64,000 nt of DNA. It comes from Bacteroidia bacterium. Its GTDB lineage: Bacteria; Bacteroidota; Bacteroidia; NS11-12g; UBA9320. Under the pieces are notes generated by a model. That model saw only the letters and a list, made by a program, of their open reading frames with translations. It ran no database searches and was not told the DNA's origin. The position numbers and the translations under genes are program-made. Each line of letters begins with the position of its first letter. Positions within the stretch are counted from its first letter, which is position 1. Positions 21,971 through 31,571 of the stretch are shown here, in pieces. The stretch covers positions 75,692 through 139,691 of the forward strand of contig JADLGN010000030.1 in the NCBI GenBank assembly GCA_020849295.1, given 5' to 3'.

Positions 21971-22700
21971 AAATAAAAAAATAATAATTTCTATTTTACT
22001 TATTCTGCTTTTTGCGGGTGCAAGTACTATTTATTATTTTTCTTCAAAAAGCAATAGTGAGGCTATTTGTAAAAATGTTATTTTTAATATAAGCTATACA
22101 ACTGAAAAACCAATGATAACCGAAGCTGACATATATAATTATCTAAAGATAAAAGAAAGAAAAAAATACTTTTTAAACAAACAACTGAATAAAATTGAAA
22201 TAAAAAAAATAGAGTCGGAACTTAAAAAAATGCCTGAAATAAAAACTGCAGATATTTACTTCAATATTTCAAACAATATAGTATTTGAAATTCAACTAAG
22301 AACTCCAATCTTAAGGGTAGTAAACCCAAGTGGCAAAGATTACTATTTATGTGATGATTTGAAAAAAATTAATATTTCGAGACATTTTTCGCCATACATA
22401 ACACCTGTAAGTGGATATGTGAACGCTAAAATAGACAAAAAACTATATACTCTGGTTAGGTTTGTGAATAATAATAGTTTTTGGAATGACCAAATTCAGC
22501 AGTACTTTGTAAGTGAAAATGCCGATATTTCATTTATCCCAACTACAGGTGTTCATGAAGTAATATTAGGCAGCACAGATAATTTGAAAGAGAAATTTAA
22601 AAAACTTGAAATATTTTATCAAAAAGGCTTAAATAAGGTAGGATGGGAAAAATACAAAACAATTAATTTAAAATTTAAAGGACAAGTAATTTGTAAATAA
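21963..22700 (+). CDS. ftsQ: Cell division protein FtsQ-like (POTRA-containing)
   Basis: 245 aa, N-terminal TM. Sits between murC and ftsA. Confidence 0.7.
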   Translation: MNKNKKIIISILLILLFAGASTIYYFSSKSNSEAICKNVIFNISYTTEKPMITEADIYNYLKIKERKKYFLNKQLNKIEIKKIESELKKMPEIKTADIYFNISNNIVFEIQLRTPILRVVNPSGKDYYLCDDLKKINISRHFSPYITPVSGYVNAKIDKKLYTLVRFVNNNSFWNDQIQQYFVSENADISFIPTTGVHEVILGSTDNLKEKFKKLEIFYQKGLNKVGWEKYKTINLKFKGQVICK

Positions 22701-24011
22701 ATGAGTACCCAAAAAATAGTAGTAGGACTTGATATAGGAACCACCAAAATATGTGCGATTGTTGGACGAACCAATGAATTGGGCAAAATAGATATAATTG
22801 GAATTGGCAAAGTACCATCAAATGGTGGAGTAACACGTGGCGTTGTTTCAAATATTGACCGTACAGTTGCAGCAATTGCAGAGGCAGTAAAAATGGCTGA
22901 AGAAGTAGCTAACGTAAAAATCAGAAAAGTAGAGGTAGGAATTGCCGGAGCACACATAAGCAGCCGCCAACATAGAGGTATGTTAATACGCAGTGATTCT
23001 GATAAAGAAATAAATGTTGAAGACCTTAAAAAACTTGAAAGTGATATGTATAAACTTGCAGTTAATCCAGGAGACAAAATACTGCATGTAATTCCACAAG
23101 ATTATATGGTAGATAATGAAAGAGGTATTACAGAACCAATAGGAATGTCGGGAGTAAAACTTGAGGGAAATTTTCACATAATAACAGGTCAGATAGCTGC
23201 TGCTAAAAATATCACAAAATGTGTTGAAAAAACTGATTTAAAAATAAGTGATTTGACATTAGAACCTTTAGCTTCTGCTATTTCAGTACTAAGCCCAGAT
23301 GAAATGGAAGCAGGTGTGGTTTTAGTTGATATTGGTGGAGGCACTACTGATGTAGCAATATTTCATGATAATATACTAAGACATACAGCTATTATCCCTT
23401 ATGGAGGAAATGTAATAACAGACGATATAAAAGAAGGTTGCTTTGTTATGAAAAACCATGCCGAATTGCTTAAAACAAAATTTGGAATGGCATTAGCAAA
23501 CGAAGCTACAGATAACGAAATAATAACAATTCCAGGTTTAAAAGGTCGCGACCCTAAAGAAATTTCATTAAAAAATCTTGCAAAAATTATTCAGGCAAGA
23601 ATGGAGGAAATACTTGAACTTGTTTATATTGAAATAAAATCATCAGGTCTTGAAAAAAAATTAGCAGGTGGTATTGTACTTACCGGTGGAGGAGCCTTAT
23701 TAAAGCATATTACTCATCTTGCTTCCTATGTTACAGGACTTGATGCAAGAGTTGGATATCCAAACGAACATATATCAAACGGAATGGTAGAAGAAGTAAA
23801 AAGTCCAATATATGCAACAGGTATTGGACTTGTTATGAAAGGCTTGACCAATCCTATTGAGACTGATAATCTTTATAAAAAAGATACAGAAGATGAAAAA
23901 CCTGAGATTATTACTGAAAAGAAAAACAAAAACTGGCCAATATTTCTTAATTTTAAAATGGTTAAAAAATGGTTGGTTGATGATAATGATTTTAAAGACT
24001 TTGATAAATAA
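22701..24011 (+). CDS. ftsA: Cell division protein FtsA
   Basis: Actin/HSP70-fold motifs VVGLDIGTTKICAIVG and VLVDIGGGTTDVAIF. Confidence 0.9.
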   Translation: MSTQKIVVGLDIGTTKICAIVGRTNELGKIDIIGIGKVPSNGGVTRGVVSNIDRTVAAIAEAVKMAEEVANVKIRKVEVGIAGAHISSRQHRGMLIRSDSDKEINVEDLKKLESDMYKLAVNPGDKILHVIPQDYMVDNERGITEPIGMSGVKLEGNFHIITGQIAAAKNITKCVEKTDLKISDLTLEPLASAISVLSPDEMEAGVVLVDIGGGTTDVAIFHDNILRHTAIIPYGGNVITDDIKEGCFVMKNHAELLKTKFGMALANEATDNEIITIPGLKGRDPKEISLKNLAKIIQARMEEILELVYIEIKSSGLEKKLAGGIVLTGGGALLKHITHLASYVTGLDARVGYPNEHISNGMVEEVKSPIYATGIGLVMKGLTNPIETDNLYKKDTEDEKPEIITEKKNKNWPIFLNFKMVKKWLVDDNDFKDFDK

Positions 24012-24016
24012 AAGCT

Positions 24017-25390
24017 ATGGCAAATTTTAAAGTAATTCTACCAAAAGACAAATCTTCTATTATAAAAGTAATAGGTGTAGGAGGAGGCGGATGTAATGCT
24101 GTAAAATACATGTTTGAAGAAGGAATTAAGGGTGTTGATTTTGTAATATGCAATACAGATTGCCAAGCGCTTGAATCAAGTCCAGTAACAAATAAAATTC
24201 AAATTGGTAACGATCTTACAAACGGAAGAGGTGCGGGGTCAAATCCTGAAGTGGGCAAACAAGCTGCCGAATGTAGTATAGAAGATATTGCTGAGATATT
24301 AGGAATAGAAACTCAAATGGTATTTATTACTGCCGGCATGGGAGGCGGTACCGGCACAGGTGCTGCACCGGTTATTGCCAAAATTGCAAAAGAGATGGGA
24401 ATACTGACAGTAGGTATTGTAACTACTCCATTTACCCATGAAGGTACAAAAAGAGTTAAAGCTGCCGAAGCAGGAATAATTGAATTAAAAAATTCTGTTG
24501 ATTCATTATTAGTTATTTCAAATGACAGAATCAAAGATTTTTTTGGCAATCTCAAAATTTCAAAAGCATTTAGCTATGCTGATAATATATTGTCAACTGC
24601 GGCAAAGGGAATTGCAGAAATTATCACTTTGGCAGGTCATATTAATGTAGATTTTGAAGATGTAAAAACAGCTATGAAAGATAGTGGTGTAGCAATTCTT
24701 GGAACTGGCACTGCTGAAGGAGACGACAGAGCATTAAAAGCAGCTACTCAGGCTCTCAATTCTCCACTTCTTAATGATAATAAAATAGCTGGAGCACAAA
24801 ATTTGCTGATTAATATTACATCATGCAAAGGTGAATTTGAAATTACTATGGAAGAATATGGTGAAATAAATCAGTTTTTTCAAGAACAAGCAGGTAATGA
24901 CGCAAACCTTAAATGTGGGATATGTTTTGACGAAAAGTTTGACAAACAGATTTCAGTTACTGTTATAGCTACAAATTTTGAAAGTAAAGAAAATACTTAC
25001 AAACTCGAAAACGAAAAAATAATTCACGTATTGAACAGTTCTGATAAGGATATAAACCAAAATGTAGAAAATAATGTGATGCAAGATGATACTTTAGAAA
25101 AAGAAACTAAAGAATTTAAGCATGAAATTAAAAGAGAAATAAATAAAATAAAAGATAGCGAATATGTTTCAAGAATGAAAGAATTGAAAGATTTGAGCAA
25201 CAAATCAAAAAGTGAAAATGGAATAGAAGAACTTGAAAACACACCAGCTTTCGAACGCAAAAATATAAAACTTGATGAAATTTCACATTCATCAGAAACC
25301 AACGTGTCGAGATTTTCGCTTATTGATGAGCCGGAGCGTAAACCCGAATTGAAATCAAACAATTCGTTTTTACACGACAATGTTGATTAA
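24017..25390 (+). CDS. ftsZ: Cell division GTPase FtsZ with a long E/K/N-rich C-terminal linker
   Basis: Tubulin signature [11 protein letters not shown]-terminal [15 protein letters not shown]7 loop NVDFEDV. About 130-aa low-complexity tail. Confidence 0.95.
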   Translation: MANFKVILPKDKSSIIKVIGVGGGGCNAVKYMFEEGIKGVDFVICNTDCQALESSPVTNKIQIGNDLTNGRGAGSNPEVGKQAAECSIEDIAEILGIETQMVFITAGMGGGTGTGAAPVIAKIAKEMGILTVGIVTTPFTHEGTKRVKAAEAGIIELKNSVDSLLVISNDRIKDFFGNLKISKAFSYADNILSTAAKGIAEIITLAGHINVDFEDVKTAMKDSGVAILGTGTAEGDDRALKAATQALNSPLLNDNKIAGAQNLLINITSCKGEFEITMEEYGEINQFFQEQAGNDANLKCGICFDEKFDKQISVTVIATNFESKENTYKLENEKIIHVLNSSDKDINQNVENNVMQDDTLEKETKEFKHEIKREINKIKDSEYVSRMKELKDLSNKSKSENGIEELENTPAFERKNIKLDEISHSSETNVSRFSLIDEPERKPELKSNNSFLHDNVD

Positions 25391-25437
25391 GAAAGAGTAA
25401 ATTTTTTTTCATAGGCATTAGAATTTAAATCAAAAAA

Positions 25438-25462
25438 AGGGCGTTGTGAAACGTCCTTTTTT
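25438..25462. terminator. Bidirectional rho-independent terminator
   Basis: gggcgttgtgaaacgtcc hairpin (one G-U pair) followed by T6 and preceded by A7. Lies between ftsZ(+) and the efflux adaptor gene(-). Confidence 0.75.
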
Positions 25463-25490
25463 ATTTTCATTATTATTAAACTTTCATTTT

Positions 25491-26717
25491 TCAATGCTCG
25501 TGTCCTTGCTCTCCGCTGTTTGTCATTTTTGCCAGAATAAAAAAGGCACCATTTGTTACAATTTTGGCATTGGGTGATATATCTTTAAGTAAAGTAATTT
25601 CTGTAAATCCAATATCGCTAGTACCCTTTTTAACCTGTATTTTTTCAAAAGTAGTTTCATGTACATGCTCTTTTTCGCTGTGTATATGCTCATTGTTGCT
25701 TTCTTTTTCTATAATTATATAGTCAGAACCCTGATAATTTACAATTGCTTCTGTTGGTACGGCATCCATCAACGCATTTTGCAAACTTACTATGGCTGTA
25801 ATTCCCATGCCATCTATCAATCCGATTTTATCTCCCAAAACAGAAGCGTGTACTGCTATTGCTTTTGTGTTTTCTTCAAATGTATTTGAAATACCAAATA
25901 TTTTGGCATCGTATTCTTTACCCGGATTATTTGTAAGTGTAAAATGTATTATTTGACCTACTTCGAGTTTTTTAAGATCTTTTTCGTACACAAACAGGTC
26001 AAGGTGCAATTGGCTGTTATCTACTATTTGAGCAATTGGATTAAAAGCATCAACATAAGTGCCAATATTAACTTTCACTTCACTTACCGAACCGGTAATT
26101 GGACTTGTTATATTTATTATAGTTTGCAAATTATCAACGTTAAGTGATGAAGTATTTATTCCTATTAATTCTAACTGTCTTTGCAAACTTGCTTTTTTGG
26201 CTCTTAAAGATTTTAGTTCAGCTTCGGCTTGTTGAAATACTTTTTGAGATGAAGCATTATTTTCTTTTAATACTTTTTGCCTTTCGTATTCGTTTCGTGC
26301 TAATTCTTCTTTTGCTAAGGTACTCAAATATTCTTCTTGCAATATAATAAATGAATTATTGTATAATGTAGCTAAAATTTGCCCTTTTTGTACTGTATTT
26401 CCTGGCTGTATAAATATTGATTTAATAATTCCCCCATTGGTTGTTGTAACTGTAGCCCTGTTTTGATTTGGCACTTTAAGTAATCCATTTGCTTTAAGGG
26501 TTGTGGTTAATTGTTTTTTTTCAAGTATTCCGAATTCTACACCTAATGATTTTAGTTGTTCTTCGTTTAATGTTGTTGTTTTTGAAGATTCTTCATGCTT
26601 ATGTTCGTTTGCATTTTCTTGAGTTGCAGTATCGGCAGTATTGTTTTTTTTAGTACAAGAGCTAAAAGCAAATACAAAAGCTATTATTATTATTATTGTT
26701 AAATTTAAATTTTTCAT
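25491..26717 (-). CDS. Efflux RND periplasmic adaptor (membrane fusion protein), His-rich, CzcB/CusB-like
   Basis: Lipoprotein-like N-terminus (AFSSCTK), HlyD-family coiled-coil and beta-barrel regions. His-rich segments NEHKHEE, NEHIHSEKEHVHE and C-terminal GEQGHEH. Confidence 0.8.
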   Translation of the reverse strand: MKNLNLTIIIIIAFVFAFSSCTKKNNTADTATQENANEHKHEESSKTTTLNEEQLKSLGVEFGILEKKQLTTTLKANGLLKVPNQNRATVTTTNGGIIKSIFIQPGNTVQKGQILATLYNNSFIILQEEYLSTLAKEELARNEYERQKVLKENNASSQKVFQQAEAELKSLRAKKASLQRQLELIGINTSSLNVDNLQTIINITSPITGSVSEVKVNIGTYVDAFNPIAQIVDNSQLHLDLFVYEKDLKKLEVGQIIHFTLTNNPGKEYDAKIFGISNTFEENTKAIAVHASVLGDKIGLIDGMGITAIVSLQNALMDAVPTEAIVNYQGSDYIIIEKESNNEHIHSEKEHVHETTFEKIQVKKGTSDIGFTEITLLKDISPNAKIVTNGAFFILAKMTNSGEQGHEH

Positions 26718-26725
26718 TTTATTTA

Positions 26726-29700
26726 TTATTGTTTGTTTAATAGAAAATAGATATTTAAAACAGATTGGTTTACTTCATTTATACTTTGCAGATAACTTGT
26801 TTTTATCGAAGTTGCATTTTGAAGAGATGCAGCAAATTCAAGATAGTTAATTTCGCCATTGTTATATGATATTGTCGCAGTTTTCACAATTGTTTCAGCA
26901 TTTATCGAAGCAGTGTTTTTATAATAATTATATTTTTCCAAATTTTGTTTGTATTCGGCTACTGCAATTAGTAATTGTGCTTGCAAGGCTTGTTTTGCAT
27001 TATCTGCTTCTAATTGATAAGCTTTTTCTTTTAACGTAAGAGATTTTACTTTTTGCGAATTACTCACAAAAGTAAATGGCAAAGTAAAACCTACACTAAA
27101 CCCTGAAAATCGCTTGCTGTTATCAAAATAAATATCCTGTCCGTCAATATTTTGAAATCCTATAAAAGTTTGGTTTATATAAGAAACACTTAAATCGGGC
27201 AAAGTTTGAATAATTTCCATTTTTTTGTTTTGATGAGCAATTATTGATTGTTGTTTTACAATTTTATATGTAGGATTATTCTCTATTAATGAAGTATCTG
27301 TTTCTGTAGTAAGTATTATTGGCAAAAAAACTTCATTTGTATTTATTATAATCTTTTCATTAGTATTTAATATCATTTTTAGCATTGTATAAGCTGATAC
27401 AATTTCTGTATTATTATTTGTTAAAAGTAAACTAATCTCTCCCCTCTTTGTTTCGGCAGTAGTTTTTTCGAGTAAGTTAGTTTCACCTGCTGCGTATCTT
27501 AAACTTGCTTTTTTAGCGAAATCGTAATAAATACTATCAAGTTTTTTGAGTTCTAAGTTTTTTTTGTGCAAATACAACAATTGATAATAATACATTTTTA
27601 CTTTATGTATTACTTCGTTTACATTGGCGAGATGTGTAAGTTGAGTTTCGTAAATTTCAGAATCAATCAACTTTGATTTTGCTTTATAATATGAAGGAAA
27701 CGGAATTTGTTGCTGAATACTGAAACCATTATCATTTTTTATACTATTGTACTGTCCGTACTGAAAATTAACTTCTGCTTTAGGCAATTCAAAAACAGAT
27801 TTTTTCAATATAGAAATTGATTGTGTATTAATATTACCTGATCGAATTTTAAAATTATTTTTCAAAGCAAGTTGAATTGCATTGTCTAATGAAATTTGAG
27901 TTGGAACTTGGGCTTTGGCACTTGAAATTCCTAAAAAGATAAGCAAAATAAGCAAGGTCTGTTTTTTTATAATTGGTTTTTTTATTCTTGAAATGATTAT
28001 ATAAAACAAAGGCAAAACAAAAAGTGTAAGAAAAGTAGCTGTAATTAGTCCTCCAATAACAACAGTTGCAAGTGGTTTCTGTACTTCTGCTCCGGCACCT
28101 TGCGAAAATGCCATAGGTAAAAATCCGAGTGAGGCAACAGTTGCAGTCATCAATACTGGTCTTAATCTTGTTTTAGTTCCTTCCTTTACTCGTTCAAAAA
28201 CATTACTTATTCCATCTTTTTCAAGCTGAATAAATGTACTTACCAATACAATACCATTAAGCACAGCAACACCAAATAAAGCAATAAAACCTACACCTGC
28301 CGAAATACTAAAAGGCATGTTGCGAATAATTAATGCAAACACACCCCCAATTACACTCATTGGAATTGATGTGTAAATTATTACAGCATATTTTACAGAG
28401 CTAAAAGTAAAATAAAGCATAAAAAAGATTAGTGTTAAAGCTATAGGCAAAACAATCATCAAACGTTCTGATGCTGCTTTTAAGTTTTCGAATGTACCAC
28501 CATAAGTATAAAAATAACCCTCCGGCAATTTGATATTATCCTCAATTTGTTTTTCAATATCGCCTACTACACTTGATACATCTCTGTCTTCTACATTAAA
28601 ACCAATCACTATTCTGCGTTTACCATCTTCACGGCTAATTTGTGCCGGACCTATTTCCATATTAATATCTGCAACCTGCGACAATGGTATTTGATCTCCA
28701 TTAGCATTTGGAATAAACAAGTTTGACAGGTTTTCTATTCCCACTCGGTGAATAGAATCTAATCTTACAACCAAATCAAAATGTCTTTCATTTTCATATA
28801 CAACACCGGCTTTACCTCCCGCAAAGGAAGTACTTACAATTTGATTAATATCTTTTATATTCAAACCATAATTTGCAATTTTTGTACGGTTATATTTAAT
28901 AACAATTTGAGGCAATCCCTCTACCCTTTCTACATTAGGTTCTGTTGTACCTTTTACCTTTGAAATTAATGGAGAAATTTTATTTGCATAAGCAAGTAAA
29001 GTATCCATATTTTCTCCAAAAACTTTTATTGCTATATCCTGTCTAACTCCCGTCATTAATTCATTAAAACGCATTTGAATAGGTTGGGTCTTCTCAAAAA
29101 ATATTCCCGGAATCACTTCTAACTTTTCCATCATTTCATCACCCAACTTATCATAAGAAATTTTTCTTTTCCATTCTTTTTGTGGTTTTAGTACAATTAT
29201 CATATCTGTTATTTCGGGTGGCATTGGGTCAGTTGGCACTTCAGCACTACCTGTTTTGCCTACTACCATTTTCACTTCATTAAATTTTTTTATAACTCTC
29301 ATTGCCTGCATTGACGATTCAATACTTTGCGAAATTGAAGCACCCTGTGGCAAAATACAATGAAATGCAAAATCGCCTTCTTGAAGTGTTGGAATAAATT
29401 CTCCTCCAATTTTTGAAAATAAAAATAATGCAATTGCAAAAAAAATAACAGTTACAGATATTATGGTTTTTTTAAATTTGATAGCTAATTCTAACATTGG
29501 CTCATAAATTCTATATAAAAAATTCATCATTCTGTCACTAAAAGTTTTCTTATGAGATATATTTTTTGACAGATATAAAGCACACATCATTGGAATATAA
29601 GTTACCGACAAAATCAATGCTCCAACAATTGCAAAACCTACAGTTTGAGCCATGGGTCTGAACATTTTACCCTCAATACCTATAAGTGTAAGAATTGGTA

Positions 29701-31081
29701 TATATACTATCAAAATAATTATTTCACCAAATGCAGCGCTATTTCTGATTTTTGATGCTGATTTATACACTTCATCATCCATTTCTGACTGGGTAAGTTT
29801 GTTTATAGATTTTCTTAAACCTAAATGATGCATAGTTGCTTCAACAATAATTACTGCACCATCTACTATCAATCCAAAATCTATAGCACCAAGACTCATA
29901 AGATTTGCACTTACACCGAATGTTTTCATCATTCCAATTGCAAACAACATTGATAGTGGGATAGCACTTGCTACAATTAATCCGGCACGTAAATTTCCCA
30001 GAAAAATAACTAATACAAATATTACAATTAAAGCTCCTTCAACAAGATTGGTTTCTACAGTTTTAATGGCTCTGTTTACTAAGTCTGTTCTATCAAGAAA
30101 AGGCTCAACCAATATATCATTTGGCAATGATTTTTGAATTGACTTCATTTTCTCTTTAATATTTTTTACTACTTCTGCACTATTGTAACCTTTTAGCATC
30201 ATAATTATGCCGCCAACCGCATCCTTTTCTCCATTGTATGTCATTGCACCATACCTTACCGCACTTCCAAACCTTACATCTGCAATATCTTTGATTAAAA
30301 TGGGAATACCGTTTGGATTTCTTTTAACAACTATATTTTTAATGTCGTCAAACGAACCAATTAAACCTATACCTCTAATAAAATATGCATTTGGCTTTTT
30401 ATCAATATATGCCCCGCCGGTATTTTCATTATTTTTTTCGAGTGCAGTAAAAATTTCGGGTATAGAAACATTCATTGCAAATAGCCTGTCAGGATTTATT
30501 GCTACTTCGTATTGTTTTAGTTTGCCGCCAAAGCTGTTTACTTCTGCAATACCTGGCGTTCCGTACAATTGACGCGATACAATCCAATCTTGCATTGTTC
30601 GCAAATCCATTGCAGAATACTTGTTTTCACTCCCTTTTTGGGGATGAATTATATATTGATAAACTTCTCCAAGTCCCGTACTTACAGGTGCTAATTCTGG
30701 TTTTCCTATTTCATCTGGTATTTGACGTTCGGCTTCTTTCAACCTTTCATTTATTAATTGACGTGCAAAATATATATCAACTTTTTCTTTAAAAACTACA
30801 GTAACAACTGAAAGACCGAAACGCGAAATACTTCTTGATTCTTCAAGATCAGGCAAATTTGCAATACTTTGCTCTATTGGATATGTTACAAGTTTTTCTA
30901 CTTCCTGCCCTGCCAGTGTAGGACAAACAGTAATTATCTGTACTTGATTATTTGTAATATCCGGAACTGCATCTATTGGCAGTTTATAAGCACTCCACGC
31001 CCCCCAGATAACAAGCGCAAGAGTCATCAGTGTAATGATGAATTTATTTTTAATACTGAAATAAATTATTTTATCTAACAT
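26726..31081 (-). CDS. CusA/CzcA-family heavy-metal efflux RND permease fused in frame to a C-terminal TolC-like outer-membrane factor domain
   Basis: 1451 aa. First ~1040 aa form a 12-TM RND pump (N-terminal MLDKIIYFSIKNKFIITLMTLALVIWGAWSAYKLPIDAVPDITNNQVQIIT). After a retained signal-peptide-like segment LLILLIFLGISSAKAQ comes an about 400-aa OEP/TolC-like region (SLDNAIQLALKNNFKI...) with two repeat halves. Confidence 0.8.
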   Translation of the reverse strand: MLDKIIYFSIKNKFIITLMTLALVIWGAWSAYKLPIDAVPDITNNQVQIITVCPTLAGQEVEKLVTYPIEQSIANLPDLEESRSISRFGLSVVTVVFKEKVDIYFARQLINERLKEAERQIPDEIGKPELAPVSTGLGEVYQYIIHPQKGSENKYSAMDLRTMQDWIVSRQLYGTPGIAEVNSFGGKLKQYEVAINPDRLFAMNVSIPEIFTALEKNNENTGGAYIDKKPNAYFIRGIGLIGSFDDIKNIVVKRNPNGIPILIKDIADVRFGSAVRYGAMTYNGEKDAVGGIIMMLKGYNSAEVVKNIKEKMKSIQKSLPNDILVEPFLDRTDLVNRAIKTVETNLVEGALIVIFVLVIFLGNLRAGLIVASAIPLSMLFAIGMMKTFGVSANLMSLGAIDFGLIVDGAVIIVEATMHHLGLRKSINKLTQSEMDDEVYKSASKIRNSAAFGEIIILIVYIPILTLIGIEGKMFRPMAQTVGFAIVGALILSVTYIPMMCALYLSKNISHKKTFSDRMMNFLYRIYEPMLELAIKFKKTIISVTVIFFAIALFLFSKIGGEFIPTLQEGDFAFHCILPQGASISQSIESSMQAMRVIKKFNEVKMVVGKTGSAEVPTDPMPPEITDMIIVLKPQKEWKRKISYDKLGDEMMEKLEVIPGIFFEKTQPIQMRFNELMTGVRQDIAIKVFGENMDTLLAYANKISPLISKVKGTTEPNVERVEGLPQIVIKYNRTKIANYGLNIKDINQIVSTSFAGGKAGVVYENERHFDLVVRLDSIHRVGIENLSNLFIPNANGDQIPLSQVADINMEIGPAQISREDGKRRIVIGFNVEDRDVSSVVGDIEKQIEDNIKLPEGYFYTYGGTFENLKAASERLMIVLPIALTLIFFMLYFTFSSVKYAVIIYTSIPMSVIGGVFALIIRNMPFSISAGVGFIALFGVAVLNGIVLVSTFIQLEKDGISNVFERVKEGTKTRLRPVLMTATVASLGFLPMAFSQGAGAEVQKPLATVVIGGLITATFLTLFVLPLFYIIISRIKKPIIKKQTLLILLIFLGISSAKAQVPTQISLDNAIQLALKNNFKIRSGNINTQSISILKKSVFELPKAEVNFQYGQYNSIKNDNGFSIQQQIPFPSYYKAKSKLIDSEIYETQLTHLANVNEVIHKVKMYYYQLLYLHKKNLELKKLDSIYYDFAKKASLRYAAGETNLLEKTTAETKRGEISLLLTNNNTEIVSAYTMLKMILNTNEKIIINTNEVFLPIILTTETDTSLIENNPTYKIVKQQSIIAHQNKKMEIIQTLPDLSVSYINQTFIGFQNIDGQDIYFDNSKRFSGFSVGFTLPFTFVSNSQKVKSLTLKEKAYQLEADNAKQALQAQLLIAVAEYKQNLEKYNYYKNTASINAETIVKTATISYNNGEINYLEFAASLQNATSIKTSYLQSINEVNQSVLNIYFLLNKQ

Positions 31082-31189
31082 TTTTTTATTGAATAATTAA
31101 TTATAAACAAATTTCTCATAAGATTATAGCCTTACAAGAATTTTTAACTTTTTTTTGTTTGTTATTTAAACAAAAAATAAAAAATATAA

Positions 31190-31528
31190 TTAACTTATCT
31201 TGGGTGGTTTCCAAATACAGACAAAAACTTCTTTTACAAATGAATTTTTGTAATAGAAATATTTTTTAATAAATGAATTTTGAAAACCAAAAATGCTGAT
31301 ATCCGAAATGGCATTGCTGTATGACTGACCACAACAATTGCAAGCACAAAATGGCGTACAATGTTCTTGAAAAAAGTAGTGATTGTGAAATTCTGTTTGG
31401 GTTATAACCTGTATTGAGTTTGCAAAGGTATACTTACTATTGCAATCATCTCTGTCTGTACATGGAAATACTGACAAAGCAAAAATGTAAATTGAAACTA
31501 TATAAACTAATATTTTCAAGTAGTACAA
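31190..31528 (-). CDS. Hypothetical small Cys/His-rich protein with N-terminal signal/TM segment
   Basis: 112 aa with 9 Cys and several His (HNHYFFQEHCTPFCACNCCGQ). Directly upstream of, and co-oriented with, the metal-efflux operon. Confidence 0.4.
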   Translation of the reverse strand: MYYLKILVYIVSIYIFALSVFPCTDRDDCNSKYTFANSIQVITQTEFHNHYFFQEHCTPFCACNCCGQSYSNAISDISIFGFQNSFIKKYFYYKNSFVKEVFVCIWKPPKIS

Positions 31529-31571
31529 AATTATATATATTTTTTTTACTATAAATAAATTTTAATCTCAA

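Noticed and set aside
27950-28000. RND-OMF fusion as a possible frameshift or assembly artefact
   Set aside because: The frame is continuous with no stop or candidate start codon at the junction. The codon usage is the same on both sides. An artefact cannot be excluded without reads, so it is kept as a real fusion with a caveat.
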